A stretch of 64,000 bases of DNA. It comes from Lingula anatina. Its lineage: Eukaryota > Animalia > Brachiopoda. Made by a program: the position numbers and the translations under genes. The notes under the pieces are model-generated. The model had not been told where the DNA came from. It saw nothing but the letters and a program-made list of their open reading frames with translations, and did not search any database. The stretch is from contig CM120641.1 of the NCBI GenBank assembly GCA_051362555.1, positions 13,144,001 through 13,208,000 of the forward strand, written 5' to 3'. Each line of letters opens with the position of its first letter. Position 1 is the first letter of the stretch. This document shows, in pieces, positions 35,096-48,572 of the stretch.

Positions 35096-38000
35096 ATGAC
35101 CTCAGTACTTCGGTCTTATTTTCTATCCCAGAAGCAAAGTTATTTCCCTAGACCACTCAAAGAGACAGAAAAACACGTTATTAGCTTGGTATATACTGAG
35201 GACATTATAAAATTTGCTACCTATTTTGAATGAGTAATTTCATGATTAAACACCAGTACTTAAGTCCATTTTCAAACTTTTACAGTCGCGATGGTGATGG
35301 ATATGATAGATTTGAAATTTTTATTAATTTTTATTTCATTCTAGGTTTTCCACGAAAGCGATGCTGGACATAAAGGGTATCTCTCAAGAGAAGACTTGAA
35401 AGTTGCAACGGTTTCACTCTTTGGATACAAACCCTCTAAGGTAAAACACGGAGAAATAATTTGGACTGTCGTTGACCTTGTGTTTTAACCTTCAGTTTAA
35501 ATATATTTCGCGAAAATAGAACGTGTACGTAGACAGCGACAAGACCCCTTGAAAGATGCCTGAAACCTCAAATTATTCGCAGTTGATAATGCACTGAAAT
35601 TGTAATGAATTTGTTATGCATCTCATTCTGTCAATCGCAGTCTGTAATGGAATGAGGCTATCCAGGTGAATATAGCCCTTATTCAGGAGATGTACTTGCG
35701 CCCTCACCCTTTCCTAATCATTGAGGCTATTCACCTGGATAGCCTAGCCCATTCCCAGATGAAGATGCTCTGTTAGACATTGAAATATTGGAGGTAAATT
35801 ATTTCATGACTGAAGAAGAAATTACTTGTTGGAGATGTATGCTATAGAGAGTAATGTTTTTTTTTTCTTGAGGAGAAATTGATTTGGTGGGACTATCTCA
35901 GATTGGACACCTTTAAGAAAATTCAAAAGTAGAGCCATATATATTTTAGCACTGATAATACAGATGGATTCAGGTTTTTATAAAATCATAGTAACATTTA
36001 GATAACTATGCTGGGACATAGTTGGAGGCTATTGGAAGCAATGAAGTGTATATAAATTGTTATGTCACATACCTTAGAAGTAGCCAGGTTTTTCAGGAAA
36101 GTAGATTTTGAAAGTTGAAATGATCAGGATTGCAAGTGTGTAGGAGGAGCTGCAGCCTTCTGGCTGGTTTTTTAAACTCTTAGTCAGCATATTCGAATTA
36201 AATAACAATATATATATTTCAATCATTACAGTATGAAGTGGACAAAATGTTTTTTAGAGGACAAGCCGAAGAGGAAGAATTGGGTAAGAATGTTTTTTTT
36301 TTCTTTATGTATATTCTGGTTGGGATATATATATATATGATCTGTCTCTCCAGTTTGTAAAAATCCACCAAATGACTTCATATGATGTATGACCCATTAG
36401 TGCTGTACACAATAGGCTAATAATAATCATTCAAATCAGGTTTGGCGAAAATGGTAGAGGGTTATATATACCATAGAATGACAGTAGAAAATATCTGTTG
36501 AAATATAAATTTTGGAAAATATGAAACGATACCTTTGGTATTTCATTGGTTATGTTAATTGAAACTATATGGTGGCATTTGGTCTGTTTTAAATTAGTGG
36601 TAAAGATTTGACTTCATATGTAACTTAAACTAAAACTTTGTGCTGCAATTATGAGTATATATATTTTGGTTATATACATGTATTTGTATATACTTCTTTT
36701 AATTTGTTGCATTTTTATCACTTGCTTGCAAGCACCATTATCTTAACCATGTTACAATGGAGATCAGGCCTATCCAACTACCAGATGCGGCACCAAAGCA
36801 TCCAGAATTCACTGGTAGATCGGATTGCTCTTCTGGTTTGTATGTTTGTGTATCAGTATGCATTTCACAGTATCATACCCAGCTGTGAAAAATTTTGTAC
36901 GATGACCACGAGCTCTACCTGTCATCTGGGTATCACGCCTTGTTTTCATCAAGTAGGAATCGTAAGAATACAACAATATGGCAACGAGTGTCATCATACA
37001 TGCTTGCTCCATCAAACCCATCCATCCCAGTAGCCATGAAAACTTTATTTAACCTCTAACAAGATATTTTCTGCTGACAGAATTAGATTGCACCTAGTTA
37101 TTTACATAACATCATTGACTATGTTCAAACCTGAACTTTATGTTAAAAAATCATGGTATTGTTCAATTTATTACATAAAACAGGGAAAATAGCAGTAGCC
37201 TGTCTGTAGCACATGAATTTTGAAGAAATGCACCACTTTCCAACCCTGTGCAGAATCATGGCTATCACATCACATAGCAGGCAAAAGGAAGTGGCATCTG
37301 ATACTTCAAAGTGCGTACTGATACACACCTTGAAAACCAGTAGCGCAATCCGATCTATGGTGAATTCTGGATCATTTGGTGCCACATCTGGTAGTTGGGT
37401 TGCAATGGTAACTTAACTCTGTGTAGTGCTCAGTTTGTATTTATTGTAGCCCCTTATTCTTGTTGAAAAATTTCATCTAAAATTCCTGTGCCTTGCATTT
37501 GTTCCTTGTGTTGTTCATTAAGATATATTTTAAATTATGTTGTTACTTTTCATGGTGTGTTCACACTCTTCAGTGATGTCCCTGGACAGTTTCATGGAGG
37601 TAATGTCCAACAAAATGTCAGCCAAAGATGATGATGAAGAAATCAGAAGCATATTTATGGCAATGGATTTTCATTGTAAGTAACTTTCCTAAAAGTAAAG
37701 GGACAGTTTGCAGGATTTTTGGTTCTTTCAAACTTCCTTTGTTCATTTTGGCTTCCTTTACTAGTAAATTATGTAAATGCAAATAATATATATATATATT
37801 GCTGTATAATATATATTTTTGAAAATTATGAAAATTACTTCCCCCTTCTCAACAACATTGGCATTGTTATATATTCTCTTCTGGTTGAATGATGTGGGAA
37901 TTTTTTTACAATATTAGTATTTAAAAAGAAGCACTCTTTTTTTATGAATAAATTGCATAGAACTAGAAAAGCACTCCGAGAGCGCAGACCTCCACCAAGG

Positions 38001-39345
38001 CAGCGATTTTTGATTATTATTGATTATTGATTGATTATTGATCGGGATAATCACCAAAAACTAATCACTTCTAAGTTAACCCATTTCCCACCTACCCTGA
38101 AAATTTCATCAAAATCAGTCCATAACTTTTTGAGTTATGTTGATGACAAACAAACGGACAGACAGACAAACATGGCGGAGGTAAAGTTGCCATTCTGTTA
38201 AATGACATTTCATATCAAAATAAAAATGCTTGAAGCATAGAAAGGAATTTTTATGAGAATTTGGTTAAGATATACATGTACTTGGCTTTTTACCACAGAC
38301 TTGTTAAACATGGAAATTGCTTTGGTTTTATGTTTCAGTTGTCAAGGTCTGATCATTTCGGGCATTATGCAATTAATAATCAGGTTATGTTAGTTAATAA
38401 TCATGTGGCTATTTACCCTTTTTTTTGTTATTAAAAAGGCCATGGCTTTCTCAGTCTGACAGATTTAAAAAGGGCCTTCTCACAGGTGGCGCCACATATC
38501 CCTGACCACATAATACATGCTGCATTCAGGTAAGTTAAGTGCACATATACTGAACTTATTTTATGATTATTATTTTTCATACCAGTTGTACTGTTTTGTC
38601 CCACTTTGATAGGTACCATGATGAGAAAATTCATGTGATTTACTATTTAGATGTATTGACTCAAGTATGAGGGAATGTGGAAGTGAGCTGTAATATACTC
38701 TTTGGTGATAGTTTGCTAATTTGACAATAATTTGGGATACTTTTGAATTAATGTGATTGTTTGAATTACTATGGTCAATGATATATTATTTTTGTGCAAT
38801 TTTATGCTGTTCTGTGGCCTACCCAATAACAACTGTTCATTCTGGTAAAAAATGGATTTTCCAATGATTTTCCCATATGTACCAGACAGTGGTTAATGAA
38901 TCCATTTTGACATTCAAAGTTTATTTATTTATTTATTATTTTTTTTTCTAAAAAGTTTGGTATTTTTTAATTATCTCTTTAGAGATGATTACAGAGGTAC
39001 AGCCATCTATGAAGGTCAATGTAGTTTGATGGCAAGCACAGATCCCAGGATCATTGCGATAACCACTGTTTTGGTGGTAAAATGGAATTAATTATATTTA
39101 CGTTAGTTGTTTACATTGTATTTATTGTGAAATATCAATATGTACATACCCTAAAATTCAACTTACAGTTTATAAATATATCGAGATATTAGTGTACTGG
39201 TACTACTTTTTAAAAACCTTTACATGTTCAGATAGTGCTTATTTGATGAAATTTGATGTATTCTAGGGAAATTGATAGGGATGGAGATGGAAGAGTCAGC
39301 TACAAAGATTTTGAGTTCATGATGAAATTCAATGTAGATGACTGA
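35096..39345 (+). CDS. EFCAB11: EF-hand calcium-binding domain-containing protein 11
   Basis: Six exons in frame: 35096-35188, 35345-35440 (VFHESDAGHKGYLSREDLKVATVSLFGYKPSK, the recognisable EFCAB11 motif), 36232-36283, 37574-37675, 38439-38529 (GFLSLTDLKRAFSQVAP), 39267-39345 (EIDRDGDGRVSYKDFEFMM). Confidence 0.92.
36765..37400. mobile_element. Diverged fold-back MITE of the 2491-3110 family in EFCAB11 intron 3
   Basis: CAGGCCTATCCAACTACCAGATGCGGCACCAAAGCATCCAGAATTCAC...GTGAATTCTGGATCATTTGGTGCCACATCTGGTAGTTGGGT. Confidence 0.75.
37961..38184. mobile_element. Non-autonomous Helentron/Helitron-like (HINE or DINE-type) element
   Basis: Subterminal inverted repeat ACCTCCACCA / TGGCGGAGGT, internal GACA microsatellite and the core AAATTTCATCAAAATC..TCCATAACTTTTTGAGTTAT that I recall from this repeat class. 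Confidence 0.55.
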
Positions 39346-42300
39346 AGTCCATCGGTCTTTTCCATGAAAATAAAGGAAACTTCTGTCCAGGTCTTAGTGG
39401 CCACCAGATTCGAGATAGATCTGCGCCATACCGTGTAGATGCTGTGTGAGCGATGCTGTGTGAGCGAAACTCTGTCCCAACCAAAGTTCATCAAGTATCA
39501 GTGCAGAACAAAGTGTTGTGAAGAAATAAGACTGGGCTTGTTGACACATAACTGTTAAGCATAAATATTTTTAAAAATGACTGGAGGAAATGACCAAGGG
39601 TTATACATTGCACAGAAAGAAAATGGAAAAAACATGTTCAAATATTGTTTTTTGGGAAGTATGACACAATGCCCTTTGGTATTTCGTTATGTGCTGTTTG
39701 AAACTGATTGCCATTTGGTTGGGTTTAGTGGCAAAGATTTGACTGCATATGTAACAGTAAGTGATAATTTTGGGCTTGTAGTCTTATCACAAAGAACATG
39801 GCAGCAGGATTTTTGGATTAAAGTTGTGGGGCTAATGAAGTGAAAGTAATAACTACCTCTTGGTGTTTTTCTGAGTAATTTATCGCAGTCAATTGAAATC
39901 TGTCAATTCATTAACAAGGTAAAATGATATTTTAATGGCAGCACTATGGTAATGCTATATACTGGATACTGTTGTGCAATAAGTAGATAATAAAAAATAA
40001 AGAAATGAGATTTATTGACGCATGAGCCAATAAGAGATCATTTAATGATGTGTTTGTATTGAACGTTCTGGTATCTTCTTTAAGTGAATATGGGTTGGAC
40101 CTATAAGAACCTGTTGTGAAATCAGCCTTGGTTTTCAAATGTAAGAAGATAAAGATTAATTCTGTGATATAAAGACTGCATTAAGCTGCATTAAGTATCT
40201 TCTGAATGATAAGAATTTTAATAAGATGATCAGTTTTTCAGTAATGATTCAGATTCCTTGTGTATTTCAGTGTGATCCAAAGTTTGACATCAAGCACTGG
40301 TTTATTTTCAAATGCTCACAACTTAAAATATTTTTGGTTTCCAATCATTTTCTCTATTGTTCTAATTCCCATATGAAAGTAAATGCATTTTCTTTAAAAT
40401 GATATCATAAATGCTTTAAGAAATAGGTTGTCCATTGCTTGTATATGTATCTAAATAAATTGAAATAAAATTATTTTATTGTATATTTTTGTCATAAATG
40501 AATGAATGGGAAGACAGAAAACCAGATGCAATATTAATATTTCCACTTTATTTTTGAATCATCAAAAATACAATAATTAAATTTTACAAGACAGCTGTTT
40601 CTAAAAATGAAGAAATTGAATTACTTAATCATAATGCCATTTTGAAAATATAATTCAGTGTTTCTTTTCCATACTACAGATATAAATGTTCATAATTATC
40701 AAAGATATCACAATACTCGATCTCTGGAACAATGAGTCATATATTAATCCCAAGATTGTTCCTAGAGTCAAAAAAAGTGACAGGTTTTTGAATGAACTTA
40801 AGGAAGGCAAGATAACCCACAGTGTAGCAGCAAGAAAATTTGAAAAGTATTAATCACTTCGTATCTAATAAACAGAACCACTGCCCTTCCTTTTCTGGAA
40901 ATGCTATAGTGTTTACTTAGTTTCTAAGATGATATCAGAAAGTGAATGACTGAAGAAAAAAATTTGTTCTGCATTTGGCACATTGATCTATTATCATGGA
41001 TTATACGAATTTATTGGGCTAATGTTATCAGTTTACAATAATGAATCATTATATTCAGACAAAACATTTTATTATTTGATTCCTTGCTTACAATATTTAA
41101 TCACTATATTCAAACAAAATTACTAATAATTATAATAACTAAATTTCTAATAATACTTAAAAGTGGTAAATCTAAAGTTAAGTTCCAAAAAATAAGGTGA
41201 GTTCTTGTCATTGAGAACAATTTTAGAATACCAAAAACGATTAATGAAAAAGGAAAAACACTGTCCTATTTGAATTGACTTAGCAGTATTTTACCCAGCA
41301 CACTTCTGTCATAGTGATAAAGCTCCAGTTAGATAAATGACAACTCCACATCAAGGGTGGGTTGGTTGGTACAAGTCAGTAGAAAATAAATAAACACTTA
41401 TGATTCAATAATACAATGTGCCCAAACTAGATTATGTGCACAGAATAGTAATAAAATGGGGTGTTTTGTCAAGTGTTTTTTTCCAACATACTCATATATG
41501 CTACACAGATAAAGAAATATTTAAAACAACAACCCCAACAGTTACTCACCTTCAGAGAACATTTCTTATAGAGATATTACTGACTTCAAGTTCATTCTGA
41601 CAAAAATCTTACTGTACAACTTTAGTCACAACAGTTATAAATGTGCCAAAAACTATCCATAAAGTTGAAATTTATTGGGACAAATATGTATTAATCAGGT
41701 GAAAAATTAAACTGCTAAAGTCATTCAAGTTTTCTTTACAAGCAGCCTATACTTTATTGCTTGAGTATTTTTAAAGGTTTACATTTCATATACAAACTTC
41801 AAGTATCTGCATATATACTGGTTAATCGTGTCTAATACATTCTCCTTCATTCTCTAACTGCCAAACCATATAATTTTGTTTAACTGCAAATTTGATGAGA
41901 GGTTTTGCTTGATCAATGGCCTATTTAGGTCACTGATTTGATAAAGATGGAAGGTCAAGTTAAAAATCAATCAGATGATCTTTACAGCCTGTTAACTGCG
42001 TTTGCTGTGCTGTTTTGCTGTTTGCTTATTATTTGATCATTTATATCTGAATGAAGAAGAAGTAACTCATAATCAGAGCCCACTGCTTCTAAAAACCATA
42101 TAAACCATTCTTTTATTTTCTTTACAGGGAATGTTTTATTATGTTGTAAACATTGTTCAAAACTGTCACTGTTATCTACTGTTCAACGTTAGATGAATTC
42201 CTTTTCAGTTTGTTGAAATTACATAGATATGTCAACATGAAAAATCAAATGCATTTTTGAAAATTTACTTTTTGTAACTTGCTGTAGGATCTCAAAGGAT

Positions 42301-42443
42301 CATAGAGAAGGATCTTGTAATTAACGTTGTCAAATGGTCATTTACTGTTTGCTCCATTTTAACATCAATTAAGTAGATTTTCCATAAAGATAGATATAAC
42401 ATAACAACATTTGACAAATTTCACCTTCATCTTTCTATATCAA

Positions 42444-45400
42444 TTAATATAATGGAGGCGATTTCTTGGCTACAATTCTCAGGTTACTGTTGTCAGTTAA
42501 AATCATATTGGGGTTTGGCAACTTGATGGGGTCTTTCATTACTTTCTCAGCCTCCTGAATATAACATCAAAAACATTAAGATATCAATTTTTCAAACTGT
42601 GCTTATTAATGGCAAAACGATGTAAATTTCAAGGTTCTAATAGAACCAAAAAAAAAAAAGCTGAACGCAAAAAATAAAAAAAGCTAATTATTTGTATTGG
42701 CAAAAATAATTGAACATTATTTGAACTTGAATGTACTGATGTGATTGACATTTTATTGCTGTTTTTGTTTTTTAAAGGTTTAGGAATTTAACTACAAATG
42801 CATGTACAATTTTTCAACTGGGTGCATGTAATTTTAAACCTCCATTCATAAAAATTTCTTCTTGCATAAAATGCACATCTTCCAAAGAAAGTAATCAAGT
42901 TTGCATTGCCTAAAGCATAAATCCCGCGATTGAGATTTTACAAAATTACCATATATGTACCAGATTTGGGGTCAATATATACTTACTCTCTTGTGCAGAT
43001 GCTTTTTGGGAACCAGTGAGTCACGCTTTGAGCCCTGGCTGAACGGGTTGCTCTGAAACAGAAAAGCGGGCGTGTGCTTAAGGCCGGTGATAGTAAAAGG
43101 ACCAAAGTCATAGAAACAAAGCCCTGGGCTTATAAGTTTTTATAAAAAATTAAAACATACTTCCCAAAAGGCCAATTAAAGACGGGGATTAAGTACAGTG
43201 TCCAACGGATGACGCTCTGGCGCCAATTTGAGGGGAAAATGCCGTTTTCGGTATTGGGATTTTCTCTATAACCAAGACAGCTATTCAAGTGATTCAAAAG
43301 GCCTCATAAAGCTGGGTGAAAGCACTACAGCGTGGTACCAGGGAATTGTCTTAAACTATTTACTTCTGATTTTATCATCTTTTACGTTAAATCAGCCCAT
43401 ATTTCAATGGGTTATTCACTTCAAAAGGCAATAACTTTCAAACAAACAATTTCCTTTTCAACCCCTGATATCATGCTGTAGTCCACATTCCTAACAACAA
43501 TAGGTGCAACTTTTGTAACGATAGGTTGCTCAGATAGTGAGATATACTTGGCAGCGATTCACTTATCTCGTCAATATAGAAAGCTGTTAAAACAGCCAAA
43601 AACGTTCACAGGTTGGTTAACAGGGCTTATTAGTCAAATGCTTAGCTGGCAATTTTACCTGTTATCGGTTATACGATCAGATGGAACCATTGCTTATTGT
43701 CATCTAAAAATATTTTGTTTGGGTGCTTTGAAGGGGCAGAAAATCGTGCTTTTGTTACATTTTCCGACCACTCGTTAGGCATGTAAGCGTGCCGCCATTT
43801 TGATTGACAGCTCTGGAGAGGGCCCTAGCCTAGTGATGCCCCGTAGGGTGTCAAGGATATGTAGAAGGAAGCGCTAACAAAGGCGATTACGTTTAGCCGC
43901 AATTAAGAGGTGTGAAGTTGCATTTGAACGTTTCAATGGCTCTCCCTCGGCAATCGAGTAATTTTACCTGAGAGATTCCTTCTTTGTTATCGGCAAAGTG
44001 ATCAGATAAAACTGTGTCGAGAGGAAGTGTCCGTCACTTGTGTTGATACGAGTTTTTTGACGGGTAACGCTGCAGGATTATTTTGCACGGCACTTGGTAG
44101 TCGTCAGATCAACGGAAAAATCCAGTGATTACTTCAGAGCGGTCTCGCTCAAAATGCCAGCTAAGATAAAGGGGAGACGCTCAGCTGCACAAGATTCAGC
44201 GGTAAAAGTGGCTGAGAGAAGGCTTTTGAATAAATATTTTATTTTTACACACATGACACTTAGACCCTATTTGCTTTTTACCTGCTAGCCTTGACTATTC
44301 TCGGGGTCTTTTTGTCATTTTCATTTTTGGACACTTGAACTCTTTCTTCCCGCTTGATCAGTGATTTTGAAATGGTTTTTCTCCAAATATCGCAAAATGC
44401 AAAGCCGCTAACATGCGTTTTTATTTTTATTGTTTTAATCATGCTGTCAACCTTTGCTTGGATTTCTCTTGTTTGGCCATTCAAATCACAATTTTTCGCG
44501 TGTCTCTCAAGCTCCATGATATCATATCTTGGAGAATAAAATTTTATTTTGTCAACATTAGATTTACCTTTTGCAAACGGCGACCAACAATCATTTCCGG
44601 TTTCGTAACGTGTCGCAGATACGCTCGACGATATATATCGCAAAAATTAAAGGCTAGGCTAAAAGTATCCTTTTTTAGCTTTTTTTATTTATGTATTTAT
44701 CGATTTTTCTTTCATTTGTCAATTAATTTAGACGTTTCGATTAACTCTTTCACCCATTTATTATGTATACAGAAATCAGTCATCCGACTGAACAAATAGG
44801 GCCGGTTTTCCCCAACCGCCACGCATAGGCCTTACTCTCAAAATTTTCCTTCTTTCCCCTGGAAAGGGACTTTTAACACGAACTTTTCTCTTCCCCATAG
44901 TGTACTAGCTAGACTTCTTCGCTGCTAAGCTGATGCAAGAAGTTATAATGAGAAGGCTTCTCATTATAACTTCTTGGCTGATGTAAGACTTATGACCTAT
45001 TACCGCACACGTAATCGGCTTATAACTCATTAACTGTGCTCCGACCCCCTCATGGCAACGGCCCTTAGTAACAGAGGCGTGGCTTAGTTGTCAGCCTGAC
45101 TGGGGCGCGTGCCGGTTGAAAAACTCATCAAAAGACGCATTTTGCGATGCAAATTCATTAAAATTATTACATCCAACGTTAGATACTTTTTTGATTAATA
45201 TAAACACACAAAAAACTCATAAACATGATTTTAAGCGTATTTAACCCTATCACCGGCCTTAAAGTGGTGTACCTACTAGAATACAGCCCGATGTGCCCGT
45301 ATGTTTATCTAAGTGATACAATAAAAATTTGGCTGACTCAGCAGTTCTGCTGACTTAATTTACAACCATAGGACGCTAAACAAGGTTTGGTACAAAAATG

Positions 45401-47801
45401 ATCATCTTATCGGTATCTGCGTTGATGTCAGACATGATTCTGCAAGTAAAATGGTTTTAAGGTTTTTATCGTCTCTTTCATGCGCACACATTAATATCAA
45501 TTTAAAAAAAAAGGCAATATAGTTGGCTCACTGTAGACGAAAAACTGGAGTGGCCGCTTTCTAAACTAGAACATTTTTTGCCCGACCCCCCCCCCCCCTC
45601 CCCCAAGTTTAAGAGTCTGTTTATGCGTTGATCCCTAACGACCACTTTTAACCAGCTGCTGCTGGAAATCGTGTAATGGTGTTGCTTATAAATTCCCACC
45701 AGACCCTAAAACACAGAGTAATGCCATGGTATATAATGAAAATCCTTAGCACCGACATTCTCACCGACCATGAACCTACGCATGCTCATTTCACTAAATT
45801 AGCCTTGATAAAGCAAATTTTGTACCCTCTACAATAGACAACATGGAATCCTGGGGATGCGCCATACAGAAAACACCAAGACTAGACCTACCCAACACAG
45901 ATTTCGCTGCGTTACAAACTACAAACTGTACAATAATACAGATTAGACATCCAACAACGAAACAGTTAACATTATGCGGGCCATACACATTATGCCAGTT
46001 ATTCAAGATTCTGTTGGAAAATAGAATAAAAGACAAAAGTAAGACAAAACACTCAGTGTATTCTAGCTTACCTCAGTTTCAAGCTAATGCAAAATGCATG
46101 TATATATATTTTTATTTGAATAATTAAGGAATTATATCATGGACTTTCTTTTAAGATGTGCTTTCTTTTAAAATGTGCAGCTTTCTTAATGTGCAGTTTT
46201 GAAAATTGCTTCGGTCATCACTTGATAAAAATTGTGAAAGATATTTTATTGCTCTGAGTGTTGTCTTTTGTGTCGACACAGATGCAAAATTATAACAGAA
46301 TTAAGCGCAAACAACCAACGAAGCACGAAAGGCACACCCTGATTTCCAAAGGTTTATCATGTAGACTCAATTTCCACAGTTGTTTGATCAAAACTAACTG
46401 CGGAAAGTGAGCCTAAGCCTCCAAATCTCAGGGTGGAAAGGTTAGGAATGCAATGCACAATCCTCCTTTACCTCCTCGTCCCTTGTCTTTGTATTCTCAC
46501 CCAACAAGGATTTTACCAAGTTGTCCAGCTCGTCACTGCCATAGTCATCACCATAAGCCTTCTTGCTGCTGACGGTGGCGCCGTCCGGGCAGTTAAACAT
46601 GTGCTCGTTGTCGCATTTGCATGCCCCGCTCTTTTGTTGCCAGTTGTTATAACGCTGGTTAAACGCGGCTGTATCGGGAATGTTTTCTTGGCAGTTGTCC
46701 TTTGCAGCTGCAAACAATTCACTATTTATTTTCTTTTATCATGATACTAAAACATCCAAAATATTTTTAAATAAGTATAATTTTTTACAATGAAAAGCTT
46801 TGCCAATGGCAGAGAGAGAAAGAGGTATGGATTTAAATCCCATTTTTATTCTGTGGTTTGGATGTTTTAGTATCATGATTATCAGATATCTTTTTGTTAA
46901 ATCGCGATAATAGATCATAATCTGATGGACTCGTTTCTCTAAGAATTTGTGAATTACGGATATAAACGTAGCATACCTGTCTTTCCTTTGGGGCATGGGT
47001 TTGGGGGGTTGCAATATGCAGGTAAAGCTGCGTCTGTCTTTACTTCCTGTTTCATCGAGTTATCAATGTTACCCACCAAGTGCTGTTTTCCCTCTCCCGC
47101 ACCACCTTTAAAAAATAATGGAAACAATTAAAAAAAAACCTAAGTCTTAGTAATGCTTGACGGTATTCAGTCCTGGGAAAGTTTGCTTTCTATATATTAT
47201 CTTATTGCCGAGATGAAAAGTATCTATTTTAACGTTTTGATTCCCCGTAAAATGTAAGTCAGTTGTATGTAGTTTATTCTTAAATCTGATAGTTTTCAAT
47301 ATCCGTGTGCAGTTTGTAAATTTTGATTCAGCATTTTTAAATTAAAATTTTTAATTAAAATTAAGAATACACAAGAAAGAAACATATTTTTCTATGGTAA
47401 AATCGGTAAGCCAAATAAAAAATCTTACCTGAAACGTATTGATATCCCCAAAGCATATTCTGGTTTTCTTTTTCTTGATCACGTATATCAGCGCTGCGCG
47501 GGTCGTCTCCGGCTAACTCATCATTGCTGTCAGGTTTCTCAATCCCTGGGTTGTACAACACTGTCGGGTTAAGGTTGGCCTCAGCGAATGGGCCATAACT
47601 ATCGTCGTATTTGTCTCCGTCTTCGAAGGCTGCGTAAGGATCGTAGCTGCCATCAACTCCATACTGTTTTTCTCTTTCATTTTCTTCCATTTCGGCCAGC
47701 ATTTCTCGGAACAGAGCGTCGTTGTCTTCGTAATAAGAAGCGTGGGAGAAAGTCAGGATGGTTGCCATGACGGCAAAGAGCATATACGTCGAAAGCCGCA
47801 T
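42444..47801 (-). CDS. SCG5: Neuroendocrine protein 7B2 (secretogranin V; PC2 chaperone and inhibitor), 304 aa
   Basis: Five coding exons in frame (915 nt): 47429-47801 (signal peptide MRLSTYMLFAVMATILTFSHA; ...LWGYQYVS), 46977-47105 (GGAGEGKQHL...VKTDAALPAYCNPPNPCPKGKT, hallmark PPNPCP), 46472-46707 (DNCQENIPDTAAF...CKCDNEHMFNCP), 42987-43052, 42444-42554 (...LRIVAKKSPPLY*). Probable non-coding first exon at about 48412-48530. Confidence 0.95.
43082..45258. mobile_element. 2.18-kb non-autonomous TTAA-targeting DNA transposon (Kolobok-like) in a 7B2 intron
   Basis: TTAA|GGCCGGTGATAG...CTATCACCGGCC|TTAA, perfect 12-bp TIRs, GG..CC termini; CpG-richer interior; no recognisable transposase. Confidence 0.8.
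44936..44976. mobile_element. 41-bp TIR-only mini-element with 7-bp TSD (P-element-like termini)
   Basis: GCTGATG|CAAGAAGTTATAATGAGAAG-G-CTTCTCATTATAACTTCTTG|GCTGATG; perfect 20-bp arms with a 1-nt spacer. Confidence 0.75.
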
Positions 47802-48564
47802 GATAATCGATTTTTCTTCTTTCCACCTAATGAGCAAATGGGACATGTTTTAGAAACGGCTGAATATTATATACATGTACTGTGCTATATATATCGGGCT
47901 ACCTTATCTATTACCTCCCCGGAAATCCAATCTAGTTTTATGTGTATTTTCTATCTTTTATATAGTCAATTGTAACCTATTACCGTGTAATTACATGTGC
48001 TGATTAAGCATAAATGACTACCTTACTAAGCGTTACGTGCTGTTGCTTGTGTGTTGAACATAGAGAGATCCGAAATAAAAATGTGATTGGAATCCTGAAA
48101 GAATCATCCCGCCGAAATGAAATATTACGATAGGGAAATGCCATGATACCAACCTGTCTTTGACGCCCATTAACCAACTTACATTTTACAGAAACAAGTG
48201 ATAGAGAAACATCATGTATCTTGTTCTTATACTTAATACATTCGCAACGGATTCACGATGAAAAAGATTTAATGCATCAATGTATCAAAGTGAGCTCACA
48301 ATAAATGCCATAAATTTTCCATCTGTTAGACAATGAACGCAAAATAACGGCATAATACCTGTCGATATTTTCAAATATATAAAGTACACGATGAGAAAAT
48401 GATGTAAATACCCGTTCGTTGCGTATTATGTCGCCTATAGGTCGCTTTCTTGGAGTGGTATCCCTTGTTCTTGTTCTTCCTCAGCCGTTTTCGTCCTTCT
48501 GTTGGCGTTTTTTGTCAAATGATGGCAGAAATCAGATGCAACATGGCGTCAAAGGGTTTTCGTT

Positions 48565-48572
48565 TGACGTCA
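48565..48572. promoter_or_regulatory. Consensus cAMP response element (TGACGTCA) in the putative 7B2 proximal promoter
   Basis: Perfect palindrome just upstream of the predicted non-coding first exon (donor AACGG|GTATTT at 48411); a variant TGACGCCA (minus strand) lies at 48544-48551. Confidence 0.65.

Noticed and set aside
38983-39076. Candidate cassette exon in EFCAB11 intron 5
   Set aside because: 94 nt, would frameshift the final EF-hand; weak donor and no homology evidence.
44094-44799. ORFs of 61-128 aa inside the Kolobok-like element
   Set aside because: No DDE, THAP or zinc-finger motif; overlapping frames on both strands look like chance.
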